DNA of 64,000 bases from Eledone cirrhosa. Its lineage: Eukaryota. The stretch is taken from NCBI GenBank assembly GCA_964016885.1, contig OZ024741.1, positions 267,592,001-267,656,000 on the forward strand. Reading direction: 5' to 3'. The position numbers and the translations under genes are program-made. Shown here in pieces: positions 36,910-51,574 of the stretch (its first letter is position 1; every line of letters begins with the position of its first letter). The notes under the pieces were generated by a model that ran no database searches, was not told where the DNA came from, and worked only from the letters and a program-made list of their open reading frames with translations.

Positions 36910-39900
36910 TTTCTAGAACACCTATGGACCAGTATTAGGTGCTCCCTATTTAGCTGCTATTTCTAGCACACCTAATGACCACCATGAGTATCACCCTGTT
37001 TAGGTGATGTGTGCTAGAAATAGCGGTCAACTATGAGGTTCCACCTATTTAGCTGTTATTTCTAGCACAGCTATGGCCCAAGATGTAATTTCCCTTTTTT
37101 AGCTACTATTTCTAACACACCTATGGATCACCATGAGGTTCCCCCTATTTAGCTGCTATTTCTAGCATGATGCCCCCCTCCCCAGTTTAACTGATGTAGC
37201 TGCTATTTCTTGCACACCTATGAGCCAAAATGAAGTTCCATAAATTTAGCTACTATTTCTAGAAGACCTGTGGACCACCATGAGGTTCCTCCTATTGAGC
37301 TGTTATTTCTAGCTCACCTATGGACTATGACAAGGTTCCCCCTATTTAACTGTTATTTCTAACATAGCTAAGGACACCATAAAGTTCACCCTAATGGCGG
37401 TGCATAGTGTGCTAGAAATAGCAGCTAAATAGGGTGAATCTCGTGGTGGTCCATAGGTGTGCTAGAAATAGCAGCTAAATAGGAGGAACCTCATAGTGCT
37501 CCTTTAGTGTGCTAGAAACAGTAGCTACATCAGCTAAACGGGCAACATCATAAAGGTCCATAAGTGTGCTAGAAAGAACAGCTAAATAAGGAGAAGTTCA
37601 TGGTACCCATAGGTGTGCTAGAAATAGCAGCTAAATAGAGGGATCCATATGGTGTTCCAATGGTCTACTAGAAGTAGAAGCTACATCACCTAAAGTGGGA
37701 TAACCTCTTGGTGGTTCATAGGTGTAGTAGAAATAGCAGCTAAATAGGAAGAACCTCATGGTGGTCTATAGGTATGCTAAAAATAGCATCTAAATATGGG
37801 GAACCTCATGGTGCACCATAGGTGTGCTAGAAATAGCAACGACATCAGCTAAACTGGGGTAACCTCATGGTGGTCTATAGGTGTCCTAGAAAAGGCAGCT
37901 AAATAGAGAGAACCTTATGGTGGTCAATAGGTGTGCTAGAAATACAGATCTCCATCAGCTGAAAAGGGGCATTCTCATGTTGGGCCATAGGTGTGCTAGA
38001 GATAGAATCTAAATTTGAAAAACCACATAGTGGTCTGCTAGAAATAGCAGTTAAATAGGGGGAAACGCATGGTGATCCATAGGTAAGCAAAAAGGCAGCT
38101 AAATAAGGGGGGACCACAATAAATAAGTGGTCCATAGTTGAGCTAGAAATAGCATCGAAACAGGGGGAACTTTATGGTGATTAATAGGTGTGCTACAAAT
38201 AGCAGATGAACCACATGGTGAACTAAATGTGTGCTACAAATAGCAGCTACATAGGCCAAACACCATTATGGCCCATAGGTGTTCTAGAAATTGCAGCTAA
38301 ATAGTGGGGATATCAAGCAGGTCCATAGGTAAGCTAGACATAGCAGCTGAATAGAGAGAACCACATAGTGATCCATAGGTGTGCTAGAAATAGCAGCTAA
38401 ATAGGGGGGGGGGACCGCATGCTGGTCATAGGTGTGCTAGAAATAGCGTGCTCCATCAGCTAAATAGGGGGAACCACATACTGGTCCATGGATGTGCTAG
38501 AAATAGCATACTCCATCAGCTAAATAGTGGGGGACCACATGCTGGTCCATGGGTGTGTTAGAAATAGCACGTTCCATCAGCTAAATAGTGGGGGACCACA
38601 TGTTGGTCCATAGGTATGCTAGAAATAGTGTGCTCCATCAACTAAATAGGGGGGACCACATGCTGGTCCATAGGTATGCTAGAAATAGCATGCTCCATCA
38701 GCTAAATAGTGGGCACCTCATGGTGATCCAAAGGAGTGCTAAAATTAGCTGCTCCATCATTTAAACAGGTGGTACTGTATGGTGGTCCATAAGTGTGGTT
38801 TAAAATAGCAGCCAAATAGGGGGACGGATCCTCTTGGTAGTCCATAGGTGTGCTAGAAATAGCAACTACATCAACTAAACTGGGGGAACCACATGGTGAT
38901 CTATAGGTGTGCTAGAAATAGAATTTAAATAAGGGGAACCTCTTGGTGTTCCATAGGTGTGCTAAAAATAGCAGCTAACTCAGCTTAACAAAGTGAACCT
39001 CATGGTGGACCAAAGGTTTGCTTTAAGTATCAGCTAAATAGGGGAACCTTAGGGTTGTCCATAGATGTACTACAAATAACAGCTATCAGCTAAACAGGTG
39101 CAACCTAATCGTGGTTCATAGGTGTGCTAGAAATAGCAGCTAAATAGGGGGATCCTTATGGTGGTCCTTAGGTGTGCTAGAATAAGCAGTGACATCAGTT
39201 AAACAGGGGAGCGGAGGCCCACATGGTGGTCCAAAGTTGTGCTAAAAATAGTAGATACATCAGCTAAAAATAACAGCTAAATAGGGGGTACCTCATGGTG
39301 ATTCATATGTGTGCTAGAATTTATAGCTCAAAATGGGAAACCATGTGGTGGTCCATATGTGTGTGAGAAATAGCAGTTAAGTACAGGGAACCTCATAGTG
39401 GTCCGTGGCTGTGCTAGAAAGAACATGTAAATAGGGGATAGCTCATGGCGGTCCATATATGTGCTAGAAATAACAGCTAAATATGGGAATCTCATGGTAG
39501 TCCATGGGTGTGCTAGAAATAGCAGCTGAATAGGAGGAAGATCATAGTTATCCATAGACGTGCTGGAACTAGTAGCTCAATAGGGGTACCTCACAATGGT
39601 GGTTAGGTGTGATAAAAATAGCAGCTAAATATGGGGAACCACAAGGTGGCCCATTCGTCTTCTAGAAATAGTAGCTAAATAGGAGGAACCTAATAGTGGA
39701 TCGTAGCTGCTATTTCTAGGACACCTATGGACCAACATGGTGTTCCTTCAATTTAGTTGCTATTTCTAGCACACTACAGACCACCATGTGATTCCCTCTA
39801 CTTAGCTGCTATTTTTAGCACACCTATGAACCTCTATGAGGTTCCTCCCATTTATGCCATTTTCAGCACACCTATAAACCGCCATAAGGTTCCCCCTTTT

Positions 39901-41360
39901 TAGCTGTTATTTCTAGCACACCTATGGACTACTATAGGGGATCCCATTATTTAGCTGCTAGTTCTTACACTCCTATGGAGCACCATGACGTTCCACCTAT
40001 TTAGCTGCTATTTATAGCACACATATGGTCCACTAAGATGTTCCCCGCTATTGAGCCACACCTATGGACCACCATGAGGTTATTCCCGTTTAGCTGATGT
40101 AGCTGCTATTTCTAGCACACCTATGGACCACCATGTGGTTCCCCCCCTCTTTAGCTGCTATTTCTAGCACACCTATGGACCACCATGAAGATACCCATGT
40201 TTAGCTGCTATATTCTACCACACCTGTAGAATACTCTGAGGTTTCCAATTATTTAGCTGCTATTTCTAGCACACCTATGGACACCATGAGTTTTCCCCTA
40301 TTTAGCCGCTATCTCTAGCACACATATGGACCACCATGATGTTCTCCCTTTAGCTGCTATTGCAAGGACAATTATAGACCATCATGAGGTTCCCCTAATT
40401 AGCTGCTATTTCTAGCACATTTATGGACCAGCTTGTGGTTTCCTCTATTCTGCTGAAATTTCTACCACACCTATGGACTACCATGAGGTTCCCTTATTTA
40501 GCTGGCACATGTATGGCCCACCATGTGCTGAAATGGCTGCTATTTCTAGTACAACTATGGACAACTATGAGATTCCCCTATTTAGCTACTATTTCTAGCA
40601 CACCTATGGACAACAATGTGGTTCCCACTGTTTAGCTCACGTTGCTGCTATTTCTAGCACACATATGGACCTCCATGAAATACCCTCTATTTAGCTGTAT
40701 TTCTAGCACACCTATAGACTTCTATGAGGTTCACCTTATTTAGCTGCTATTTGTAGCCCACGATGTAGTTTCCCTTATTTAGCTGCAAATTCTTGCACAT
40801 TTATGGACACTATGAGGTTCCCTCTATTTAGTTACTATTTCTACCACATTTATAGAGCACTATGAGGTTTACCCTATTTAGCTGCTATTACTAGCACACC
40901 TATGGACCACTATGAGTCTCCCATTTTTAAACTGCTATTTCTAGCACAACTATTGACCACCAAGATGTTCCCTATTTTGCTGCTATTTCTAGCACACCTA
41001 TGTACCACCATGATGTGTCCCCCCCCCCTATTTAGATGCTTTTTTATACACATGTGGACCACTCTCAGATTCCCCTTATTTAGATGTTATTTCTGGCACT
41101 ACATGAGGTTCCTGCTATTTAGCTGCTATTTCTAGCACACCTATGGATCTTTATGATGTTCCCCTATTGACCATCATAAGGTCCACCTTATTTAGCTGCT
41201 TTTTCTACCACAACTATTGAGCACCATGAGGTTCCCCTATTTAGCTGCTATTTCTAGCAGACCATCATGTCATTGGCCCTATTTAGTTGCTATTTACTGC
41301 TATGGACCACTTTGAGGTGCCCGTTTTTTAGCAGCTATTTCTAGGACACCTATGGACCAC

Positions 41361-41545
41361 GGTGGATTGGCAGTATCGGTAGAGGGTCGGACGCCGTGCT
41401 TTCCAGCATAGTTACGTCCCTTTACGATCTGAGTTCAAATCCCGCCGAGGTTGACTTTGCCTTTCATCCTTACGGGGTCGATAAAATAAAGTACCTGTAA
41501 TGTACTGGGTAATTGCTGGCCTTGTGCCTAAAGTAGAAACAATTA
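41361..41545 (+). mobile_element. OR-like SINE inserted into the degenerate satellite
   Basis: Full consensus match. Confidence 0.88.
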
Positions 41546-43202
41546 AGTGTCCCTAATTAGCCGCTATTTCTAGCACTACCATGAGCCATTGTGATGTTCC
41601 CATTTTTTAGCTGCTATATCTAGCACACTTATGGACCACCGTTAGGTTCAACAATTTAGCTGCTATTTTTAGCACATCTATGGACCACTATAAGGTACCC
41701 CCTATTTAGCAGCTATTTTTACCACACCTATGCACCACTATCTGGTTCACTCTATTTAGCTGCTATTTCTAGCACAGCTATTTGTAGCACACCTATGGAC
41801 CACTTTGAGGTTCCCCTATTTAGCTGCTATTTCTAGCACACCTTTTGACCACCATGTAGTTCCTCCATTTTAGCTGCTATTTCTAGCACACCTATTGACC
41901 ATTATGATGTTCCTCCTATTTAGTTGCTATTTGCAGCACTCCTATGGACCACCATGTTGTTTCCTTTTTTAACTGCTATTTTAGCACACCTATAGACCAC
42001 CATGAGGTTCCTCTTATTTAGCTTCTATTTCTAGCACAGCTACCGACCACCATGAGGTTTACCCTACTTAGCTGTTATCTCTGCTAGGCCAATGGACCAG
42101 CATGATTTCCCCGTTTTTAACTATTTCTAGCACACCTGTTGACCACGATGATGTTTAGCTGATGTAGCTGCTATTTCTAGCACACCTGTTGACCACTATG
42201 CGTTTCTCCCTATTTAGCTGATATTTCTAGCACACCTTTGGACCACCATGTGGTTTCCCCTATTTTGCTGCTTTTTCTAGCACACGTATGGACCACCATG
42301 ATGTCCCCCTATTTAGCTGCTATTTCTAGTACATTTATGGACCACCATGTTGTCCCCCTATTTAGCTGCTATTTCTAGTACATTTATGGACCACCATGAT
42401 GTCCCCCTATTTAGCTGCTATTTCTAGTACATTTATGGACTCCTGTGTGGTTCCCTCTATTTAGCTGCTATTCTTTGCACACTTATGGACTACTAAGAGG
42501 TTCCCTCTATTTAGCTGTTATTACTAGCACACCTATGAACCATCATGAGGTTCTCCCTATTTAGCTGCTATTTTTAGCACAGCATGGAACACTGAGTTTT
42601 CCCATCAACATTTCAACCACATCCTCTTACGTAATCACCTATATAACTCACCCACACACACGCCCCAAAACATTTTTTTTTCTCCCACACGCCACCTACA
42701 CCCACAACACGCTTAAACCCCACACACGTGCTTTCCACCACATATTTACACCCTCCGGATTCCTCTCCCCCCACCCCTCTATCGACACACGCACACAATT
42801 CCGACCTACACCCCACCCCAACACACCTCTTCCTGAACATGCAACCCCGTTCTTCCCCCAACCCTTGCTTTCACATACACACACACACACACACGTACAC
42901 CTACACACACACACCACCTTCAGCCCTCCCCGCTTGGACACCCCGTCTCCCTCTCCCCACTCCACCCGCCACCACCCCTACACACCCCACATCCTTCCAC
43001 CACCTGTTTTACCCCTTTTTAATTTCAGTTTATTTTGATCATGCTTTTATATTTATTTTTATTTCATTTCATTTTATTTTGATCATGCTTTATTTTTATT
43101 TTTATTTTTAATTTCATTCGCACCGTTTCCTCCCACCCCGTTTTCACTATATGTCTCTCCACCACTCCCCTACACACCCTTTGAACTCTCTTCCCTACAC
43201 AC

Positions 43203-43242
43203 TTCTCACCTGAGGAAGGGCTTATGCCCGAAACGTCGTTCC
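43203..43242 (+). ncRNA. Minimal hammerhead ribozyme motif, probably from a Penelope pseudo-LTR
   Basis: CTGAGGA-A-GGGC-TTAT-GCCC-GAAA-CG-TC: catalytic core, 4-bp stem II, palindromic ACGT stem III; AATAAA downstream at 43275. Confidence 0.6.
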
Positions 43243-43325
43243 CCACCACCACCCACTCTCCAGAGCGTGAAATTAATAAACATTCGTTGTACTGCCTCTC
43301 TGTTTTGTTCCTGTTCAAATTTTCC

Positions 43326-43327
<2 letters not shown>

Positions 43328-43359
<32 letters not shown>

Positions 43360-43371
43360 TGTGTGTGTGTG

Positions 43372-43444
<73 letters not shown>

Positions 43445-43508
43445 AGTGTACGTGTGCATACATTTAATACATTTATATATATGTGTGTGTGTGTGTGTGT
43501 ATATATAC

Positions 43509-43540
<32 letters not shown>

Positions 43541-43577
43541 AGTGTACGTGTGCATACATTTAATACATTTATATATA

Positions 43578-43619
<42 letters not shown>

Positions 43620-43711
43620 CATATATATATATATGTGTGTGTGTGTGTATATATACATATATATATGTGTGTGTGTGTGTAGTGTACGTGTGCATACATT
43701 TAATACATTTT

Positions 43712-43744
<33 letters not shown>

Positions 43745-43745
43745 A
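43328..43745. repeat. Compound (TA)n/(TG)n repeat with three copies of GTAGTGTACGTGTGCATACATTTAATACATTT
   Basis: Directly visible. Confidence 0.9.
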
Positions 43746-43953
43746 AAGTGACAATAAGAATTGCAGCATTTTGTAAACTTTATTACATATTACAATTTGT
43801 TTCCATATCAATCAGCTTGGGTGTGATCATGTGATCGGATTCCGACTCTTAATCAACATTTCTTCTGATACAAGAGTTTACATTGGTGTTCCCATCCTTC
43901 GACCGGCTTCGCCCTTAGTAACTATAATTTACGCAGCTAATGACATATATATA

Positions 43954-44471
43954 CTAGCTGGACCTGTGCCGTCAAAAATGATGGCTAATTGTAATATGTA
44001 TACATAATATTAAAAAAATGAGATGTCTGTTGGCTGGTTGGTTGGCTGGTTGGTTGGTTGGTTGGTTCCTTCGTGCTCATTCACGCAAAGTATACAATCA
44101 TACAGACACACAGTTAATGTGTAGCCAAATCGCTACACACACACACACAGCTGTGACGAATTCTAGAATTATAACAGCCAATGTGTGTAGCCAATTCGCT
44201 ATACATATGGACTCCAGATGTAGCGAATATTGGATACTGCCACCCGCTTCTTCCTAAGTTGACGTTACCACCCCTCCCTTCCTAAGTTGACGTTACCACC
44301 CCTCCCTTCCTAAGTTAACGTTATCACTCCTTCCTTTCTCAGTTAACGTTATCACCCCTTCCTTTCTCATTTGACGTCATCACCCCTTCTTTTCTCAGTT
44401 TGTTATCATCCCTACTTCCTCAGTCATCTCTTGTAACGGACAAATACACAAGTGTATTATATATTAGTAGA
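43954..44471 (-). mobile_element. Non-autonomous Helitron
   Basis: Minus strand: A|TCTACTAATATATAA at the 5' end; hairpin GCCATCATTTTTGACGGC then CTAG|T at the 3' end; internal ~29-bp minisatellite at 44250-44425. Confidence 0.65.
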
Positions 44472-45142
44472 TATATATATATATATGATGGCTGCCCCCT
44501 CATTATCGAGTATGGCCATTGCATGATATAACATTATTAATAATTATCAATTAATGCTATCGTGCAATGCCTGCGCGTGAAGATTTTTTTTTTAAGTGAG
44601 GAAAGACTGTGCACTGAGCCAATCCCCCTCTCTGAGCGACAGTAGCTATAACCCGAATAGAAGAAAGGATCAACATCATTGGTAACTACTGAGCCGTAGG
44701 TTTTATGTCAGAGATATCCCAGTTTCCTGAGTTGCCTTCTAGAAGAATGCCTCGACAAAGGCTAGGGCTCGTTCACTATACATACATATATGCTAGCATG
44801 GAGGATAGACGTTAAACGATGATGATGATGATGATGATGATATATCATCATCATATATATATATATATATATTTAAATATGATTTTATTGATCAATATGA
44901 TATTATAATGTATAAGGGCACTTACTAACTTGATCAATAACAGGGATAATTCTTGAATTACCTCATATTCATTTACATTTAGTAGTGCAGTGACAATACT
45001 CATACAAAATATACTAAGGTGATCAATGAATTAATGTTGAGACATCAAAGGTATTGATATTTACCTGATACCCAAATAAAGTATACTAGCTTGATCAATA
45101 AAATTAACATTGAGACATTAAAAGTATTGATAATATATATAA

Positions 45143-45185
<43 letters not shown>

Positions 45186-45317
45186 TATATTTTTTTAATA
45201 TATATATATATGTGTGTGTGTGTATGTGTGTGTGTGCGTGTGTATAGTTATTATTGGATGGTTAGTACACTTTAATTTATTCTTTTAATTTATCTGTATT
45301 CACCTTTCCTTTCGTAG

Positions 45318-46229
45318 AATGGGAACTTCTCTATGCTGACGATCTGGTACTTATAGCAGAATCAGTAGAGGAGCTAGAGAAGAAATTCTGGCTATGGAAA
45401 CAGCAGTTGGAATCAAGAGGACTGAGAGTGAACCTAGCTAAGACAAAGGTGTTGATAAGTAGGAAAGAGGACAAAGCCATGTTCAATATGTAGGAAAGGA
45501 GTTGGCATAAATTCTATAAAATGTACACAATGCAGATCTTGGGTACACAAGAGATATAGTGGGGTAGCAAGCAAGCTAACAGGTAGGGAAAACTATATAT
45601 GCAGTAGATGTACAGGGAAATTTGACAGTAGAAGTCGTATTGATAGACACATTTTCCAAATGCAGGTAGGATCTATAGAGGTGGTTGATAGCTTCCGATA
45701 CCTAGGTGATCAGATAAGTAGGGGAGGGGGGTGCGCTGAGGCCATAGTATCTAGAATAAGGATGGGTTGGAAGAAGTTTAGCGAGCTGCTTCCTCTGTTG
45801 ACAAAGAAGGGTTTCTCCCAACGAATTAAAGGCTGGTTATATGATGCCTGTGTGAGATGCGCGATGCTGCATGGTAGTGAGACATGGGAAGCAACTGTGG
45901 AAGATATGCAACAGCTGGAGAGAAATGAGGCAAGCATGTTCTGTTTGATGTGCAATGTCAATGTGCGTTAACGACCAAGTATAGACGAGTTGAGAGAGAA
46001 ACTGTGTATAAGAGGGATAGACTGTAGTGTGCGGGAAAGAAGTTTGCGTTGGTATGGATATGTGATGCGAATGGAGGATGACCGCTGGGTAAAGAAGTGC
46101 CAAGAAATCCCAGTAGAAGGAAGATGCAGTCGAGGAAGCCATGAAAACATGGGCGGAGGTGATGAGAGCAGACCTCAGATCGCTGAAGCTCACAGAGGAG
46201 ATGACAAAGGACTGACGAATGGATAGATA
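45318..46229 (+). mobile_element. RTE LINE fragment (family A), truncated at both ends
   Basis: WELLYADD, YLG, HGSETW and RWYG motifs; no (GAT)n tail. Confidence 0.9.
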
Positions 46230-49200
46230 CCATTGCTACTACTGTCCTTATAGCCCTTACTAGCCCCACCAAACTCTACCATTACTACTACTGTCCTTAT
46301 AGCCCTTACTAGCCCCAACAAACTCTGCCATTACTACTACTGTCCTTCTAGCCCTTACCAGCCCCAACAAACTCTGCCATTACTACTACTGTCCTTCTAG
46401 CCCTTACTAGCCCCAACAGACTCTGCCATTACTACGACTGTCCTTCTAGCCCTTACCAGCCCCAACAAACTCTGCCATTACTACTACTGTCCTTCTAGCC
46501 CTTACCAGCCCCAACAAACTCTGCCATTACTACGACTGTCCTTCTATCCCTTACTAGCCCCAACAAACTCTACCATTACTACTACTGTCCTTATAGCCCT
46601 TACTATCCCCAACAAACTCTGCCATTACTACTACTGTCCTTCTAGCCCTTACTAGCCCCAACAGACTCTGCCATTACTACGACTGTCCTTCTATCCCTTA
46701 CTAGCCCCAACAAACTCTACCATTACTACGACTGTCCTTCTAGCCCTTACCAGCCCCAACAAACTCTGCCATTACTACTACTGTCCTTATAGCCCTTACT
46801 AGCCCCAACAAACTCTGCCATTACTACGACTGTCCTTCTAGCCCTTACTAGCCCCAACAGACTCTGCCATTACTACGACTGTCCTTCTAGCCCTTACTAG
46901 CCCCAACAAACTCTGCCATTACTACGACTGTCCTTCTAGCCCTCACAAGCCCCAACAAACTCTGCCATTACTACTACTGTCCTTATAGCCCTTACTAGCC
47001 CCAACAAACTCTACCATTACTACTACTGTCCTTATAGCCCTTACAAGCCCCAACAAACTCTACCATTACTACTACTGTCCTTATAGCCCTTACTAGCCCC
47101 AACAGACTCTGCCATTACTACGACTGTCCTTCTAGCCCTTACCAGCCCCAACAAACTCTGCCATTACTACTACTGTCCTTATAGCCCTTACTAGCCCCAA
47201 CAAACTCTACCATTACTACTACTGTCCTTCTAGCCCTTACTAGCCCCAACAAACTCTGCCATTACTACTACTGTCCTTCTAGCCCTTACCAGCCCCAACA
47301 AACTCTGCCATTACTACTACTGTCCTTATAGCCCTTACTAGCCCCAACAGACTCTGCCATTACTACTACTGTCCTTATAGCCCTTACTAGCCCCAACAGA
47401 CTCTGCCATTACTACTACTGTCCATCTAGCCCTTACTAGCCCCAACAGACTCTGCCATTACTACTACTGTCCATCTAGCCCTTACTAGCCCCAACAAACT
47501 CTACCATTACTACGACTGTCCTTATAGCCCTTACTAGCCCCAACAAACTCTGCCATTACTACTACTGTCCTTCTAGCCCTTACCAGCCCCAACAAACTCT
47601 GCCATTACTACTACTGTCCTTCTAGCCCTTACCAGCCCCAACAAACTCTGCCATTACTACTACTGTCCTCATAGCCCTTACTAGCCCCAACAAACTCTAC
47701 CAATACTACTACTGTCCTTATAGCCCTTACTAGCCCCAACAAACTCTACCATTACTACTACTGTCCTTATAGCCCTTACTAGCCCCAACAAACTCTGCCA
47801 TTAATACTACTGTCCTTGTAGCCCTTACTAGCCCCAACAAACTCTACCATTACTACTACTGTCCTTCTAGCCCTTACTAGCCCCAACAGACTCTGCCATT
47901 ACTACGACTGTCCTTCTAGCCCTTACCAGCCCCAACAAACTCTGCCATTACTACTACTGTCCATCTAGCCCTTACTAGCCCCAACAAACTCTACCATTAC
48001 TACTACTGTCCTTCTAGCCCTTACTAGCCCCAACAGACTCTGCCATTACTACGACTGTCCTTCTAGCCCTTACTAGCCCCAACAAACTCTGCCATTACTA
48101 CTACTGTCCATCTAGCCCTTACTAGCCCCAACAAACTCTACCATTACTACTACTGTCCTTCTAGCCCTTACTAGCCCCAACAGACTCTGCCATTACTACG
48201 ACTGTCCTTCTAGCCCTTACCAGCCCCAACAAACTCTGCCATTACTACTACTGTCCATCTAGCCCTTACCAGCCCCAACAAACTCTGCCATTACTACTAC
48301 TGTCCTTCTAGCCCTTACTAGCCCCAACAGACTCTGCCATTACTACGACTGTCCTTCTAGCCCTTACCAGCCCCAACAAACTCTGCCATTACTAGGACTG
48401 TCCTTCTAGCCCTTACTAGCCCAACAAACTCTGCCATTACTACTACTGTCCTTATAGCCCTTACTAGCCCCAACAGACTCTGCCATTACTACGACTGTCC
48501 TTCTAGCCCTTACCAGCCCCAACAAACTCTGCCATTACTACTACTGTCCTTATAGCCCTTACTAGCCCCAACAAACTCTACCATTACTACTACTGTCCTT
48601 ATAGCCCTTACTAGCCCCAACAAACTCTACCATTACTACTACTGTCCTTATAGCCCTTACTAGCCCCAACAAACTCTGCCATTAATACTACTGTCCTTGT
48701 AGCCCTTACTAGCCCCAACAAACTCTGCCATTACTACTACTGTCCTTATAGCCGTTACTAGCCCCAACAAACTCTACCATTACTACTACCGTGCTTCTAG
48801 CCTTTACTAGCCCCAACAGACTCTGCCTTTACTACTACTGTCCTTCTAGCCCTTACTAGCCCCAACAGACTCTGCCATTACTACGACTGTCCTTCTAGCC
48901 CTTACCAGCCCCAACAAACTCTGCCATTACTAGGACTGTCCTTCTAGCCCTTACTAGCCCAACAAACTCTGCCATTACTACTACTGTCCTTATAGCCCTT
49001 ACTAGCCCAACAAACTCTGCCATTACTAGGACTGTCCATCTAGCCCTTACTAGCCCCAACAGACTCTGCCATTACTACTACTGTCCATCTAGCCCTTACT
49101 AGCCCCAACAAACTCTACCATTACTACGACTGTCCTTATAGCCCTTACTAGCCCCAACAAACTCTGCCATTACTACTACTGTCCTTCTAGCCCTTACCAG

Positions 49201-50466
49201 CCCCAACAAACTCTGCCATTACTACTACTGTCCTTCTAGCCCTTACCAGCCCCAACAAACTCTGCCATTACTACTACTGTCCTTATAGCCCTTACTAGCC
49301 CCAACAAACTCTACCAATACTACTACTGTCCTTATAGCCCTTACTAGCCCCAACAAACTCTACCATTACTACTACTGTCCTTATAGCCCTTACTAGCCCC
49401 AACAAACTCTGCCATTAATACTACTGTCCTTGTAGCCCTTACTAGCCCCAACAAACTCTACCATTACTACTACTGTCCTTATAGCCCTTACTAGCCCCAA
49501 CAGACTCTGCCATTACTACGACTGTCCTTCTAGCCCTTACCAGCCCCAACAAACTCTGCCATTACTACTACTGTCCATCTAGCCCTTACTAGCCCCAACA
49601 AACTCTACCATTACTACTACTGTCCTTCAAGCCCTTACTAGCCCCAACAGACTCTGCCATTACTACGACTGTCCTTCTTGCCCTTACTAGCCCCAACAGA
49701 CTCTGCCATTACTACGACTGTCCTTCTAGCCCTTACTAGCCCCAACAAACTCTACCATTACTACTACTGTCCTTCTAGCCCTTACTAGCCCCAACAGACT
49801 CTGCCATTACTACGACTGTCCTTCTAGCCCTTACCAGCCCCAACAAACTCTGCCATTACTACTACTGTCCATCTAGCCCTTACTAGCCCCAACAAACTCT
49901 GCCATTACTACTACTGTCCATCTAGCCCTTACTAGCCCCAACAAACTCTACCATTACTACTACTGTCCTTCTAGCCCTTACTAGCCCCAACAGACTCTGC
50001 CATTACTACGACTGTCCTTCTAGCCCTTACCAGCCCCAACAAACTCTGCCATTACTACTACTGTCCATCTAGCCCTTACCAGCCCCAACAAACTCTGCCA
50101 TTACTACTACTGTCCTTCTAGCCCTTACTAGCCCCAACAGACTCTGCCATTACTACGACTGTCCTTCTAGCCCTTACCAGCCCCAACAAACTCTGCCATT
50201 ACTAGGACTGTCCTTCTAGCCCTTACTAGCCCAACAAACTCTGCCATTACTACTACTGTCCTTATAGCCCTTACTAGCCCAACAAACTCTGCCATTACTA
50301 CGACTGTCCTTCTAGCCCTTACTAGCCCCAACAAACTCTGCCATTACTACTACCGTGCTTCTAGCCTTTACTAGCCCCAACAGACTCTGCCTTTACTACG
50401 ACTGTCCTTCTAGCCCTTACTAGCCCCAACAAACTCTGCCATTGCTACTACTGTCCTTCTAGCCCC
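46230..50466. repeat. 49-bp satellite, ~86 units (CCATTACTACTACTGTCCTTCTAGCCCTTACTAGCCCCAACAAACTCTG)
   Basis: Directly visible period (for example 47161 to 47651 = 10 units). Confidence 0.99.
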
Positions 50467-50496
50467 TGTATATATATATTGGTAGAAATACTAATT

Positions 50497-50525
<29 letters not shown>

Positions 50526-50527
<2 letters not shown>

Positions 50528-51513
50528 AGTATATATAAGTACATACATATATGTATACAGACGTACAGTAGTATGTATATATATATACATACATGCACAC
50601 ATATATATATATATGTATGTATGGATTCACCGAACACTTATTATAATGCTCGGTGTGTTTGTAAACAAACATCCCATATTAAGCCGTAGTGTCTAGCAAC
50701 CATCGTTGCTCGTTTGTTCAACACTGACAAAGGAACGCTGTACTAGTTTCAAGCTTATTAGCTATCGTCGGCAACGTATACCTTCCTGCCAGATGGTTGA
50801 ACCTCTGAAAGTATAAAATTTCCTTATGCACATTAACGGCTGAGCAGCCTAATTTGCATATCGAGTGAGTTAATCGGCCGGGGTACCGAAAACGATAAGC
50901 GGAAAAAATGAAACGAAATTTCATTTCCCACTCTTAGTACGGCTGTTACTTAAATATAAGTATGTATACGTACATACATATATATATACAGACGTACAGT
51001 AGTATGTATATATATATACATACATGCACACACATATATATATGTACGTATGGATTCACCGAACATTTATTATAATGCTCGGTGTGTTTGTAAACTAACA
51101 TCCCGTATTAAGCCGTAGTGTCTAGCAACCATCGTTGCTCGTTTGTTCAACACTGACAAAGGAACGCAGTACTAGTTTCAAGCTCATTAGCTATCGTCAG
51201 GAAGTATACGTTGCTGACGATAGCTAATAAGCTTGAAACTAGTACAGCGTTCCTTTGTCAGTGTTGAACAAACGAGCAACGATGGTTGCTGGACACTACG
51301 GCTTAATACGGGATGTTTGTTTACAAACACACCGAGCATTATAATAAGTGTTCGGTAAATCCATACGTACATATATATATGTGTGCATGTATGTATATAT
51401 ATATATACATACTACTGTACGTCTGTATACATGTATGTATGTACGTATACATACTTATATTTAAGTAACAGCCGTACTAAGAGTGGGAAATGAAATTTCG
51501 TTTCATTTTTTCC

Positions 51514-51514
<1 letters not shown>
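50526..51514. repeat. ~430-bp tandem duplication followed by a fold-back inversion (~300-bp palindrome arms)
   Basis: ATGGATTCACCGAAC at 50621 and 51050; arms 50900-51200 and 51214-51514 are near-exact reverse complements. Confidence 0.92.

Positions 51515-51574
<60 letters not shown>

Larger units (their letters stand above)
35455..42595. repeat. Old degenerate ~49-59-bp satellite (CACACCTATGGACCACCATGAGGTTCCCCTATTTAGCTGCTATTTCTAG) with an internal inversion
   Basis: Recurrent TTTAGCTGCTATTTCTAGCACACCTATGGACCACCATG; reverse orientation at ~37400-39700; interrupted by a Helitron and SINEs. Confidence 0.95.

Noticed and set aside
43064-43834. Several YI/HT/CV-rich ORFs
   Set aside because: They are translations of dinucleotide microsatellites; the same applies to ORFs at 8390-8694 and 51490-51840
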